From assembly GCA_017501105.1 (NCBI GenBank), contig JAFVXO010000117.1, positions 1-52,697 of the forward strand: a stretch of DNA of 52,697 bases. Reading direction: 5' to 3'. The position numbers were made by a program, and so were the translations under genes. This document shows positions 18,568 to 28,717 of the stretch, one piece after another. Every line of letters begins with the position of its first letter. Position 1 is the first letter of the stretch. Origin of the DNA: Clostridia bacterium (GTDB lineage Bacteria; Bacillota; Clostridia; RGIG7378). The notes beneath the pieces were generated by a model, which did not search any database, was not told where the DNA came from, and saw only the letters and a list, made by a program, of their open reading frames with translations.

Positions 18568-18634
18568 CATATACCTAAATAACAAATTTCACTACCAGTA
18601 GATTGTGTCCATTGTTTTCCCCAGCAGTTTACTC

Positions 18635-21600
18635 TTAGTTATTAACTAAAACCAGCTTCTCCAGCAGTTCCTTAACCGACCGCACCGCAGCTGCATTGTC
18701 CATGGGCACCCGCAAGGTGATACTGGGGTGTTCGCTGGCATTGAATCTCAATTTATCCCCATAGTCTCCCACCAACTGCAGCAATGCCTGAGGCTTTAGC
18801 TTGCCCTTGGCCTCGAACCGCAACTCCGCATTGCCCTTCTCTATGTGCACTGTAGTAAACCCGCAGCTTGTAGCCAGGGCCTTGACCAGCGCTACCTGTA
18901 TCAGGTTTTCCGTCTCCTTTGGGATGTCGCCAAATCTGTCTATCAACTCGTCCCTCATGTCCATGGCATCGTCCTCTCCGGACAGAGACGCAATTCTCTT
19001 GTAGATATCCAACTTTGCAGAATCGTTGGGCACATATTCGGGATCGATATAGGCGTCCACAAGCACCTCGATGGTGGCCTCCGGAATTTCCTCCCTGACA
19101 GGCTCTCCTGTGAGCTCCGCCACCGCCTGGTTCAACAGCTTGCAGTACATGTCATATCCAACGGATGCCATATGTCCATGTTGCTCCGGACCCAACACGT
19201 TGCCGGCGCCCTGATCTCCAGGTCTCGCAAAGCTATTTTGTAGCCTGCGCCAAATTCGGTAAACTCCTTGATTGCCTTAATTCTGGCCTCTGCGGCCTCG
19301 TTCATCACCTTATCTCTGCGGTGCAGGATATAGGCATATGCCAGTCTGTTGCTACGACCCACTCGGCCGCGAATCTGATACAGCTGGGCCAATCCCAACT
19401 TGTCTGCATCCTCTACGATAATAGTGTTGGCATTGGGATAGTCCAATCCCGACTCGATAATAGTGGTAGACACCAGCACATTAAACTCGTTTCTGTAGAA
19501 GCTGTGCATTTTTGCCTCCAGCTCCCTCTCCTCCATCTGGCCGTGAGCATAGTCCACCATGGCCTCAGGCACCAGTTGACGCAGTTCCTCTGTCTTGCGC
19601 TCAATGTCGGATACGCGGTTGTACAGGTAGAACACCTGACCGTTGCGGGCCAGTTCCCTGCATATAGCCTCCCTGACCACATCCTCGTCCTGCTCCATTA
19701 CAAAGGTCTGCACGGGATAGCGCTCCTCCGGAGGCTCCTCGATTATGGATATGTCCCTGATGCCGCTCATGGACATATGGAGAGTCCTCGGGATAGGTGT
19801 GGCGGTCATAACCAATGTGTCCACGTTTGGTTTCAGAGTCTTGATCCTCTCCTTGTCGGCCACGCCAAATCTCTGCTCCTCATCGATGACAAAGAGTCCA
19901 AAGTCCGAAAATTTCACATCCTTGGACAGTATTCGATGGGTGCCAACCAATATGTCGATCTGGCCTTTGGATAACCTATCCAATATGTCTGCCTGCTGCT
20001 TCTTGCTCTTGAATCTGCTTAGGCTCTCAATCCTGACAGGGTAATCCTGTATTCTGCGCTCCAGGGCCTCAGTCTGTTGTTGACACAGAACTGTAGTAGG
20101 CACCAGGTATGCCACCTGCTTGCCGTCCATAACGGCCTTGAACATGGCACGAGTGGCTACCTCTGTCTTTCCATAGCCCACGTCTCCACACAGGAGTCTG
20201 TCCATGATTCTCTCGGACTCCATGTCTGCCTTTATTTCCTCAATGCACCTCAGCTGGTCATCAGTTTCGGCAAATTCGAACTTATCCTCGAACTCTCTCT
20301 GCCATGCAGTGTCCTTGGAGAAGGCATGGCCCTTGGTGGTACGGCGCTTTTGGAACAGCAAAATGAGTTCTGATGCCAGTTCTTTTAGGGACTCCTTGAC
20401 CTTAGCCTTGGTTTTCTGCCATTCCTGACCTCCCAGCTTGTTTACCTTTGGCCCTGCTCCACCTGTACCTATATACTTCTTGATCAGATCCAACCTGTCC
20501 GAGGGCAGGTAAAGCACGTCGGTACCGCTATACTTTACCTTGATGTATTCTCTGGTAGTCTTGTCGATGGTCAGCTTTTCCAGGCCCTGGTACTGGCCGA
20601 TTCCGTGGATATTGTGAACTACGTAATCGCCGATGGACAACTCCGCAAAGTCTGTTATTGTCTTGGCATCCTTGTTCTTGGACTTGCCGCCCGTGCGAAC
20701 CGCCTTTCCCGTCAGTTCCTTGTCGGTAATCACCACTAATTTGGCGCCGGGATACTCAAATCCGTTGCCCAGCTGTCCCAATATAATAGTCACCTCGCCG
20801 GGAGTAGCCGCAAAGTTGTACTCTCTCTTGATGGATACCTTCAGGGTCTCTCTGGTTTGAAGCATAGACTGGATTCCCTTGGCTCTGGTGCTGCCATTTG
20901 CCACCACCACAATGCGATACCCGAGTGTAGCCCAGTTTGTCAAATCCTCCAGCAGCTGGGTCTCTCTGCCTGAATAGGGGGACAGCAGTCTGACTGGCAT
21001 GGCGTAGGTCTTGGTATCCCTCTCGGACATAACCGAGTTGATGATTATTCTGTTGCGCCTCTCCAGCTTAGTCAGCAGGTCATCTTTGGAAAGCAGGTTT
21101 CCCTCTGCGGAGGGCAATACACTGCCCTTCTCCCTCAGAACTCTGACCAGCTCGCCATATTCCATAGCATAGTTCGCAAAACGGTCGTATACCCTGGCCC
21201 GTTCGTCCAGCACCACAATTGCTTCCCTGTCCAGATAGTCAAACAGGTCTGCCTCCATGCCCGGAATCAGGCGAATGTACCTATCCATGGGACTGGTCCA
21301 TCCGGATGCCTCGTACCTCTCAAAATCGCTGTCTATGGCCTCGCCAACAGCCTTGATTCTGTCTGCGTAGTGGGCATCCCTGTGGGAAGCGGCGTATATG
21401 TCCAGCTCTGCCAAGGCATTCTCCCTGACCAATTGTCGATGGTCAGGATTTAGGATAATGTCCGTAGCAGGCAATATGGTAATCCGATCCACGCTGTCGA
21501 TGGACCTCTGGGTAAATCTGTCAAAATAGCGGATGGTGTCGATGTCGTCGCCCCAATACTCCATACGTATGGCATTGTCGGAACCCACAGGGAAAATGTC

Positions 21601-22134
21601 CACAATGCCGCCTCGCACTGCAAACTGTCCCTGGCCGGAAACCTGGGCCTCCCGCACATATCCTGCGGTGATCAGGGACCTCATCAGGTCATCCACTGAC
21701 AACGTCATGCCTGCCTGGAGTTCAATCCTGGCGTCATAGAACACCTCCCTGGTTGGCAACCTGTGGAACATTGCTTCAGGAGATGTAATTACAAATCTAT
21801 ACGCATTTTTTGAGAGAGTGTTTAATGCCGCGATTCGGCTGCGCACATTGTCTCTGGTAAAGCCATCCACACTGTGCATCAGAATTTCCTTGGACAGGAA
21901 CAGACAGGCCTCACTGTCGAAGAATCTGAAGTCCTCAAATATCCTCTTAGCTGCCAATTCGTTGGCGGCCACATACACCATTCGGCGGCCTGTAATTACG
22001 GAAATTGCATAGCAAATATGGGCCTTCTCCGACGCGGAGGGGCCTGTCAAAGCAGCCTTACCGTCTGTCTCCATAGCGTGGATTAGTCCGGTAATTGCAG
22101 AAATATTCCGTATTGGCTCTACAAAAGCCTGCAT
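18635..22134 (-). pseudogene. mfd: Transcription-repair coupling factor Mfd, split into two ORFs by a 1-nt frameshift (or an assembly homopolymer error)
   Basis: ORF 19132..22134 is Mfd up to ...KIALRDLEIR. ORF 18635..19198 continues in another frame with LGPEQHGHMASVGYDMYCKLL... Adding one G to the GGG run (plus-strand CCC 19209-19211) restores the conserved DLEIRGAGNVLGPEQHGH block. The total span is 3500 nt, and 3501 nt would give 1166 aa. Confidence 0.9.
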
Positions 22135-22755
22135 TTACTTTCTGCTTTCGTTATATTTATTCATCGCCTTTTCGACGCCTGAATCCAGTATTTCAAGTGC
22201 AGCATCAGCTGCCTTCTCAAGGGCTGGGTTGAGGGCCTGTCTGTCCTCCTGGGAGAACTTACCCAAAACATAGTCCTTGGCATCTATCTGACCACGGCGG
22301 CCAATTCCCACACGAATCCTGGGGAAATCCTCGCTGGACAGACATGTAATGATAGACTTCATTCCATTATGGGAGCCGGCGCTGCCCTTCATACGCATGC
22401 GAAGGCGACCCAAATCCAAGTCCATATCGTCATAAATTATAATAATGTTGGCTGTTGGGATCTTAAAATAGCCTGCCAAATCCCTGACGGCCTGACCACT
22501 GAGGTTCATGTAGGTAAGGGGCTCCAGCAGGTACAGCTCCTTGTCGTTATAGTTAACCTTGGTGTAAATACCGTTGAACTTCTTGAGGTTGAGAGAACAG
22601 TGGAGCTTATCCATCAGGCAATCGATAACCATATAACCCACGTTGTGCCTGGTGTTGGCATACTGACTGCCCGGATTTCCCAAACCAACTATAAGGTATC
22701 TGTTGTCAGATACCTTAGCTGTAGACTTGGTTGTTTTCTTTCCAAAGTTAAACAT
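22135..22755 (-). CDS. pth: Peptidyl-tRNA hydrolase
   Basis: YLIVGLGNPGSQYANTRHNVGYMVID motif and the conserved pth-mfd adjacency. Its start shares 1 nt with the upstream stop (TAATG). Confidence 0.9.
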   Translation of the reverse strand: MFNFGKKTTKSTAKVSDNRYLIVGLGNPGSQYANTRHNVGYMVIDCLMDKLHCSLNLKKFNGIYTKVNYNDKELYLLEPLTYMNLSGQAVRDLAGYFKIPTANIIIIYDDMDLDLGRLRMRMKGSAGSHNGMKSIITCLSSEDFPRIRVGIGRRGQIDAKDYVLGKFSQEDRQALNPALEKAADAALEILDSGVEKAMNKYNESRK

Positions 22756-23492
22756 TACTTTCTGTTGCTCATTATGCTCTCTGCTGTTGCCAGCTGCTCG
22801 GGCGTATTGATGCCCAATGTCTCGGTATAGTCAGCACACTTGAAGATGCCCACCTTGCCTCCAAAACCCATGATAATCTTAAGGGCATCCGGCAGATAGT
22901 ATTCCTTCTGAGCGTTGTCGTTTGTGATAAGGGGCAGTGCCCTGTCCAGGGATGCTCTATCAAAGCAATATACGCTGGCGTTAATCTCGCGAATCTCCAA
23001 TATCTCAGGAGTTGCATCCTTGTGTTCCCGGATTTCCTTGAATGTGCCATCTGCATTGCGGACAACTCTGCCCAGACCTGTTGCGTCCGGAACCTCTGCT
23101 GTCAGCACTGTTACGCCGTTGTTGTCGGCCTGGTGAACTGCCATCATATCCCTGAGAGTGCCCGCTGTGATGAGGGGGTTATCTCCACAGAGAACGATAA
23201 CGTCTGTAACGTCTGCGGGGACCTCAGGCATTGCCATCATTGTGGCGTGGCCTGTGCCCTTCATCTCGTGCTGCCATGCAAATCTGCAGCAATCGTCACC
23301 CAGAAGCTCCTTGAGTTCCTGGCCCTTGAATCCAATTACGGTAACAATCTCCTGTGCTCCTGCATCGGAAGCCGCCTCAATAACCCAGTTGATCATAGGC
23401 TTGCCCAGGACCTTGTGTGCAGTCTTGGGAATGGGGGAATTCATGCGCTTGCCCTCGCCTGCTGCCATAATTATTGCTGCGTACTTTTTCAT
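22755..23492 (-). CDS. GlmU N-terminal-domain-like sugar-phosphate nucleotidyltransferase (no LbH acetyltransferase domain)
   Basis: MKKYAAIIMAAGEGKRMNSPIPKTAHKVLGKPMI signature. It is 245 aa and ends cleanly at the pth start. I moved the start to ATG 23492 because the track TTG-GAG-GAC codons are actually the GGAGGA RBS. Confidence 0.7.
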   Translation of the reverse strand: MKKYAAIIMAAGEGKRMNSPIPKTAHKVLGKPMINWVIEAASDAGAQEIVTVIGFKGQELKELLGDDCCRFAWQHEMKGTGHATMMAMPEVPADVTDVIVLCGDNPLITAGTLRDMMAVHQADNNGVTVLTAEVPDATGLGRVVRNADGTFKEIREHKDATPEILEIREINASVYCFDRASLDRALPLITNDNAQKEYYLPDALKIIMGFGGKVGIFKCADYTETLGINTPEQLATAESIMSNRK

Positions 23493-23520
23493 ATTGTCCT
23501 CCAACAGATATTATCTAACG

Positions 23521-23552
23521 CAAAAATCTGCCGCATTTTTATCTGCGGCAGG
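23521..23552 (-). terminator. Rho-independent terminator after yebC
   Basis: Minus strand: CTGCCGCA-GATAAAAA-TGCGGCAG followed by ATTTTTG. The arms are 23544-23551 and 23528-23535. Confidence 0.7.
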
Positions 23553-23566
23553 GAATCAATTCTTAA

Positions 23567-24310
23567 TTAGTCCTCGTCCTCAACCTCTGGCATATCCCAG
23601 TTGTGGTAGACATTCTGTACGTCATCGTTCTCGTCGAACATGTCCAGCATCTTCTCCATCTTGGCGATCATCTCAGGGTCGTCCAAAGTTGTATATGTAG
23701 AGGGTACCATTGCAACCTCAGCAGACTCGAACTCATAACCTGCGTTGGCCAGAGCCTCTCTGACTCCGTCGAAGCTGTCGGGATCTGTGGTGATCTCGTA
23801 CATATCCTCCTCCATCTGGAAGTCTTCGGCGCCTGCATCCAATGCCTGCATCATGAGTTCCTCCTCATCTGCAACATTGGCACTGTCGATAACCAACACG
23901 CCCTGTCTGTTGAACATAAAGGAAACGCATCCGCTGGCTCCCATGTTGCCGCCACACTTATCAAATATATGCCTTACGTCGCCGGCTGTTCTGTTGGCAT
24001 TGTCGGTAAGGCACTCTACGATAACTGCTACGCCGCCTACTCCGTAGCCCTCATAGACTTTGGAGTCGTAGTTGGTGCTGTCGGAACCGGCCGCATTCTT
24101 GATGGCACGCATAATGTTGTCATTGGGAATGTTGGCTGCCTTGGCCTTAGCTACGATGTTCTTGAGCTGAAAGTTTCCGTCGATGTTGGGACCGCCGGCC
24201 TTAACTGCAACTGCAATCTCTCGCGAAAACTTGGTAAACAGATGGCCTCTCTCGGCGTCTGCCTTGCCCTTTTTCCTCTTAATATTATTCCATTTTGAAT
24301 GTCCTGACAT
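23567..24310 (-). CDS. yebC: YebC/PmpR-family DNA-binding transcriptional regulator
   Basis: MSGHSKWNNIKRKKGKADAERGHLFTKFSREI is the canonical family N-terminus, and the length matches. Confidence 0.9.
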   Translation of the reverse strand: MSGHSKWNNIKRKKGKADAERGHLFTKFSREIAVAVKAGGPNIDGNFQLKNIVAKAKAANIPNDNIMRAIKNAAGSDSTNYDSKVYEGYGVGGVAVIVECLTDNANRTAGDVRHIFDKCGGNMGASGCVSFMFNRQGVLVIDSANVADEEELMMQALDAGAEDFQMEEDMYEITTDPDSFDGVREALANAGYEFESAEVAMVPSTYTTLDDPEMIAKMEKMLDMFDENDDVQNVYHNWDMPEVEDED

Positions 24311-24356
24311 AATATATCTCCTCTAACGGCCTGATCTGCCGAAAATTGCCTATAAG

Positions 24357-24385
24357 ACTATAATCCACCTACAGAATATTGTCAA
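24357..24385 (-). promoter_or_regulatory. Sigma-A-type promoter candidate for yebC
   Basis: Minus strand: TTGACA (24385-24380), a 17-nt spacer, then TATAGT (24362-24357). Confidence 0.55.
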
Positions 24386-24415
24386 ATTCAATGGGAATCA
24401 ACAGTAATCGTCACA

Positions 24416-25798
24416 TCATTTTGCAAAGTAATCTGCAATCTTGTACACATCTCCGGCTCCCATGGTTATCACCGTCATTTCCTGGTTGGCAACTGACAGC
24501 ATGTATTCCTGAACCTCCTCAAATGATGCCATATAGGTAGAATTGCCACCTCTCCTGCTGATAAGGTCGGAAACCATCTGAGAGTTGACATCCCCAGGAT
24601 CCTCCTCTCTGGCAGCGTAGATGTCCACCAGAATAACCTGATCCGCCAGGGACAACGCCGCGGCCTCGTCCTTCATCAAATGCTTGGTTCTGGAGAAGGT
24701 GTGGGGCTGGAACACAACCAGCACCGGTTTGTTCAGACGCTTGGCTGTGTTAATAGACGCCCTGATTTCTGAGGGATGGTGTGCATAGTCATCATAAATG
24801 GCCAGGTTACCCAGATTGCACTTGTAGTCAAATCTGCGGCCCGAGCCGTGGAAGTGCAAAATGCCGTCAACAATCTCGCCCCAACTGAGTCCGGCAGCTC
24901 TCATAGCTGCACATGCACACAGTGAATTGATTATGTTGTGGTCTCCGGGAATTCTCAGCCTAACCTTTGCTGCAGGTTTGCCCTGCTCATGAATGGTGTA
25001 TGATGCACAGGCATCCTCGTCGTACTCCACATTGGTGGGATAATAGTCTGCTGTTGCATCCGTTGCGCTGCAGGTAATCACCTTAACATCCGGGCGAACG
25101 TGATCTGCCACCAGGCGGGTATTCCTGTCGTCCATGTTGATAACCAGTTTTCCTCCCTGGGACAGGTTGTCTGAGAACTTGCCAAAGGACTTGAGTATCT
25201 GATCAATATTGTGGAAGTAGTCCAGATGCTCCAGCTCGATATTGAGAATAACCGCCACATCTGAGTGGAAGCTCAGGAAGCTATCTCTGTACTCGCAGGC
25301 CTCAAACACAAAGTAGTCCTCTCCGGCGGATACAGGCATATCCACATCTGCTCGGATTATGCAGCCCACGTTGTAGGAGAACTGCTTGGCACTGTCTGCC
25401 ATACATGTGGCAATCATAGAGGAAGTTGTGGACTTTCCGTGGGTACCTGCCACACCGATTCTGGTGCCAAAGCAGTCAATCACCCTGCCGAGAAACTCTG
25501 CCCTGGACAATATCTCTATGCCTCTCCTGCGAGCCTCAATAATCTCAGGGTTGTTGCTGTCTACTGCGGCTGTATAAACCAGAATGTCACAGTTGGCGGG
25601 AATGTTCTCTGCCGCATGGTTGTTGTAAACCTTAATCCCTCTCGATTCGAAGGAAGCCACGTCCTTGGGAAGGCTCCTGTCAGATCCGCTGACGGTGCAA
25701 CCGATATCCGACAGGATGAATGCGATTCCGCTCATGCTGGAACCTGCAATACCTGTCATATAGATGTTTTTCCCTTTGAGTCCGTTATCGTAGCTCAT
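24416..25798 (-). CDS. murC: UDP-N-acetylmuramate--L-alanine ligase MurC
   Basis: NIYMTGIAGSSMSGIAFIL, the Mur ligase P-loop GVAGTHGKSTTSSM, and DDYAHHPSEI. I moved the start to ATG 25798 because AGGAGA lies 5 nt upstream. The track start is GTG 25816. Confidence 0.9.
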   Translation of the reverse strand: MSYDNGLKGKNIYMTGIAGSSMSGIAFILSDIGCTVSGSDRSLPKDVASFESRGIKVYNNHAAENIPANCDILVYTAAVDSNNPEIIEARRRGIEILSRAEFLGRVIDCFGTRIGVAGTHGKSTTSSMIATCMADSAKQFSYNVGCIIRADVDMPVSAGEDYFVFEACEYRDSFLSFHSDVAVILNIELEHLDYFHNIDQILKSFGKFSDNLSQGGKLVINMDDRNTRLVADHVRPDVKVITCSATDATADYYPTNVEYDEDACASYTIHEQGKPAAKVRLRIPGDHNIINSLCACAAMRAAGLSWGEIVDGILHFHGSGRRFDYKCNLGNLAIYDDYAHHPSEIRASINTAKRLNKPVLVVFQPHTFSRTKHLMKDEAAALSLADQVILVDIYAAREEDPGDVNSQMVSDLISRRGGNSTYMASFEEVQEYMLSVANQEMTVITMGAGDVYKIADYFAK

Positions 25799-25904
25799 AT
25801 TGTCTCCTATGTTCACTTTCAGTCTGCGCCTATGGCAACACCGTATATTATCCTACTAACAAATGTCTGTATCCATTGAACTTTGTCGCAACAGCTTCGG
25901 ATAC

Positions 25905-26936
25905 TTATTGGGGCAACTCCTTACCCATATGCCTGTATGCGTTGAGGGTAGCCACTCTGCCCCGTGGAGTCTTTTTCACAAATCCCAACTGCATAAGATA
26001 GGGTTCGTAGATTTCCTCGATGGTATCGGGTTCCTCTCCTGTACATGCAGATAGTGTTTCAAGGCCTACGGGACCGCCGTCGAACTTTTCAATAATGGCT
26101 CCGAGTATGTTTCTATCTGTGTTGTCCAGGCCCAGGCTATCCACCTCCATAGCATCCAGAGCCATCTTGGCAACCTTAAGGTCGATCTTGCCCCTGTTCA
26201 TTACCTGGGCAAAGTCTCTGACTCTGCGGAGAAGTCTGTTTGCAATACGAGGTGTACCTCTGGACCTCATTGCTACTTCCATAGCCGCATCGTCAGTAAT
26301 CTCTGTGTCGAAAATCCTGGCTGTACGACGTACGATGCTGCACAAATCCCCTGGTGTATAGGGCTCCAGCCTGTTGATCATGCCAAATCTGTCTCTCAGA
26401 GGAGCGGCCAACATACCTGCTCTGGTTGTAGCGCCAATCAAGGTAAACTTGGGCAGTTGCAGTCTCATGGATCTGGCTCCGGGACCTGTACCCATAACTA
26501 TATCAAACTGGAAATCCTCCATGGCGGGATACAGAATTTCCTCAGCTGTCCTGTTAAGTCTATGTATCTCGTCGATAAACAGCACATCCCTCTCCTCCAG
26601 GTTGGACAGAATGGCCGCAATATCTCCCTGCTTCTCAATGGCAGGTCCGGAAGTAACTCGAATGTTTACTCCCATCTCGTTTGCAATAATGTTTGCCAGT
26701 GTGGTCTTGCCCAGTCCGGGAGGTCCATACAGCAGCACGTGATCCAGTGCCTCTCCTCTGGACTTGGCTGCAGAGATGAATATTCTCATATTCTCCTTGA
26801 CCTTATCCTGACCCACATAGTCATCCAGAGTGGCTGGGCGCAGTTTTTCCTCGGACTGGTCTCCCGGCCCGTAGTTATAGTCCATGAGTCTGGTGCCCTC
26901 AACATCAAAATCGAACTTCTTGATTGTGTCGCCCAT
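25905..26936 (-). CDS. ruvB: Holliday junction branch-migration helicase RuvB
   Basis: [18 protein letters not shown], Walker [12 protein letters not shown], Walker [10 protein letters not shown], and a winged-helix C-terminus. I moved the start to ATG 26936 (MGDTIKKF). It shares 1 nt with the upstream stop (TAATG). The 54-codon extension in the track is Arg/Gln-rich out-of-context sequence. Confidence 0.95.
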   Translation of the reverse strand: MGDTIKKFDFDVEGTRLMDYNYGPGDQSEEKLRPATLDDYVGQDKVKENMRIFISAAKSRGEALDHVLLYGPPGLGKTTLANIIANEMGVNIRVTSGPAIEKQGDIAAILSNLEERDVLFIDEIHRLNRTAEEILYPAMEDFQFDIVMGTGPGARSMRLQLPKFTLIGATTRAGMLAAPLRDRFGMINRLEPYTPGDLCSIVRRTARIFDTEITDDAAMEVAMRSRGTPRIANRLLRRVRDFAQVMNRGKIDLKVAKMALDAMEVDSLGLDNTDRNILGAIIEKFDGGPVGLETLSACTGEEPDTIEEIYEPYLMQLGFVKKTPRGRVATLNAYRHMGKELPQ

Positions 26937-28633
26937 TATTTGATCACCACCCCGTAAATCTTCTGTCCTCTGGTACCTACCACAATTGTGTTGCCATATA
27001 CGGCAGGTGAGCCCTCTACGTTGGCCTCCAGGTTGAGTTTGTATATAGTCTCTCCTGTCTCGCCGTCCAGGAAGTACATATATCCCATTGAATCGCACTG
27101 GATAATGTATCCCTTACCGTCCTCGGTGTATACGGCAGTGGGGGAACTCCAACAATAATACGGCAGATCCTTGGACCAAACTACTGCTCCGGAGTTCTTG
27201 TCCATGGCATACAGTCTGCCTCTGTAGGTTCCGTCAGTACGTGCTACCGAGAAGTAAACCAGGTTATCGATGTTGCACTTGCCCACCAGGGGACATGCCA
27301 GAGTACCGCCAGTAACGGCCTTGTCCAAAGAGCAGTAAACATACTTGCTCCACAGAACCTCTCCTGTCATGGCGTCTATCTTGCGCAGGATACTGTAGCC
27401 GTCCTTGTTCTGCTTCTCTACCTCGTTGGCGGTATACAGGGCCAGGGAGTTGTCTGACTCCACTTCAAGCACCAGGGCGCAGTCGGAGTCGTCGGTAACA
27501 TCCAGTACCCAAAGGGGCTCAAAGGTGTTGACGTCTATGCACTGCAGTGTGCCGTTGTTGTCCTGAATATACATGTAGTTCTTGAAAAATCCAGGTGTGG
27601 CCTCAATGCCGTATGTGCCACTAATCAGGGGCTCATAGAAATACTTGACGGTATCGGGCTTGATACTGATGGTGTATTCCTCCTCGTCAAACTGGGAATT
27701 AAGTTTGAGGGAGTAAATCAATCCATTCTCTCCGCAGATAAACGCGGTATCTGAGTCCTTGTCGACCTTGACTGTAGCATCAGATGCAGCCCAGGATCTG
27801 TTTGCAATGCTCTCCTCCATGTTGATGGTGTGCAGGAGAGAAAAATCCACCAGGCTGTAAATCCTGAACTTAAATGCAACATAGCTGCCGCCGTTCAGGT
27901 TGTCGCCCTGTCCTACAAACAAAATGGGATATCCTCGGGGATCCAGAGTAACTGTACCCTTGATAGGGGCTCCGATATCGATTGTGCCTGTTCTGGTGTA
28001 TTCGCCTGTCTCGTAGTCCAGGAAATAAACCTTGCCGTCCAGAGTGCCATAGATGACCTCAACCAATGACTCAGCGGACTTGTACTTGTCCTTGAAGTTC
28101 TGTCCCTGCAGGTCCTCTGCGTCCCACTTTACGATCAATGGCTGACCATTCCAACCTACGCCGGTCCAGTCGTCGATATTTCCGATATTGGTGCTCCAGG
28201 CTACCTCTAGTTCTCCTGTCTCCACCGTAACCAATCCATATGCAGCTGTGTTGTTAAAGTTGTTTCCACGGAAGCAGGTGATGCCCTCCACGGAGGAATA
28301 GAAGTAAGGTGCTCCAAAGCTCACCGGAGTCTCTCTGGTATAGTCGTTGATAATCTTGTTGTCCGAAGAATAGACCCTATACAGGAAATCGTATTTTGCG
28401 GGAGTATTGGATATGGCAATAGTAGACAAATCCACAAACAAATCGGGAATCTGTCTCTCCACTCTGTCCTCTACACTGCCGTGCTGCACAACGCTCTCCA
28501 CCGGCGGCTTGTACACCTCCTTGAGGGGATCACGGGTCACAAAAATAAAGTTCTTGTACATGAACGAGAACAGGGTAACAAATGCCAAAACAACAGTGAC
28601 ATATATGGGCCAAAAAATCTTGGAATTAGCCAT
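26936..28633 (-). CDS. Membrane-anchored PQQ-like (BamB-like) beta-propeller repeat protein
   Basis: N-terminal transmembrane segment [19 protein letters not shown]. Recurring propeller motifs: [55 protein letters not shown] chose ATG 28633 (GAGG RBS). The track start 28663 lies inside the asnS terminator hairpin. Confidence 0.65.
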   Translation of the reverse strand: MANSKIFWPIYVTVVLAFVTLFSFMYKNFIFVTRDPLKEVYKPPVESVVQHGSVEDRVERQIPDLFVDLSTIAISNTPAKYDFLYRVYSSDNKIINDYTRETPVSFGAPYFYSSVEGITCFRGNNFNNTAAYGLVTVETGELEVAWSTNIGNIDDWTGVGWNGQPLIVKWDAEDLQGQNFKDKYKSAESLVEVIYGTLDGKVYFLDYETGEYTRTGTIDIGAPIKGTVTLDPRGYPILFVGQGDNLNGGSYVAFKFRIYSLVDFSLLHTINMEESIANRSWAASDATVKVDKDSDTAFICGENGLIYSLKLNSQFDEEEYTISIKPDTVKYFYEPLISGTYGIEATPGFFKNYMYIQDNNGTLQCIDVNTFEPLWVLDVTDDSDCALVLEVESDNSLALYTANEVEKQNKDGYSILRKIDAMTGEVLWSKYVYCSLDKAVTGGTLACPLVGKCNIDNLVYFSVARTDGTYRGRLYAMDKNSGAVVWSKDLPYYCWSSPTAVYTEDGKGYIIQCDSMGYMYFLDGETGETIYKLNLEANVEGSPAVYGNTIVVGTRGQKIYGVVIK

Positions 28634-28643
28634 AATACCTCGC

Positions 28644-28682
28644 AAAAAACAGACATGATGCATTATGTGCAGTCATGTCTGT
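28644..28682 (-). terminator. Rho-independent terminator after asnS
   Basis: Minus strand: ACAGACATGA...TCATGTCTGT, a 10-bp outer stem (28673-28682 and 28649-28658) with an inner TGCA/TGCA extension. It is followed by TTTTTTG. Confidence 0.7.
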
Positions 28683-28711
28683 ATTATACCAATTTATAGC
28701 CAATATGAAAA
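28683..28711 (-). promoter_or_regulatory. Extended -10 promoter candidate nested against the asnS terminator
   Basis: Minus strand: TTTTCA (28711-28706), a 17-nt spacer ending in TGg, then TATAAT (28688-28683). The predicted transcription start falls inside the 5' arm of the terminator hairpin. Confidence 0.4.
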
Positions 28712-28717
28712 GTGAAT

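Noticed and set aside
19132-19215. Treating the split mfd as two genuine genes, or as a programmed frameshift.
   Set aside because: The break falls inside a conserved motif, not between domains. No RBS precedes the second ORF, and I saw no slippery heptamer or stimulatory structure. A homopolymer indel is the simpler explanation.
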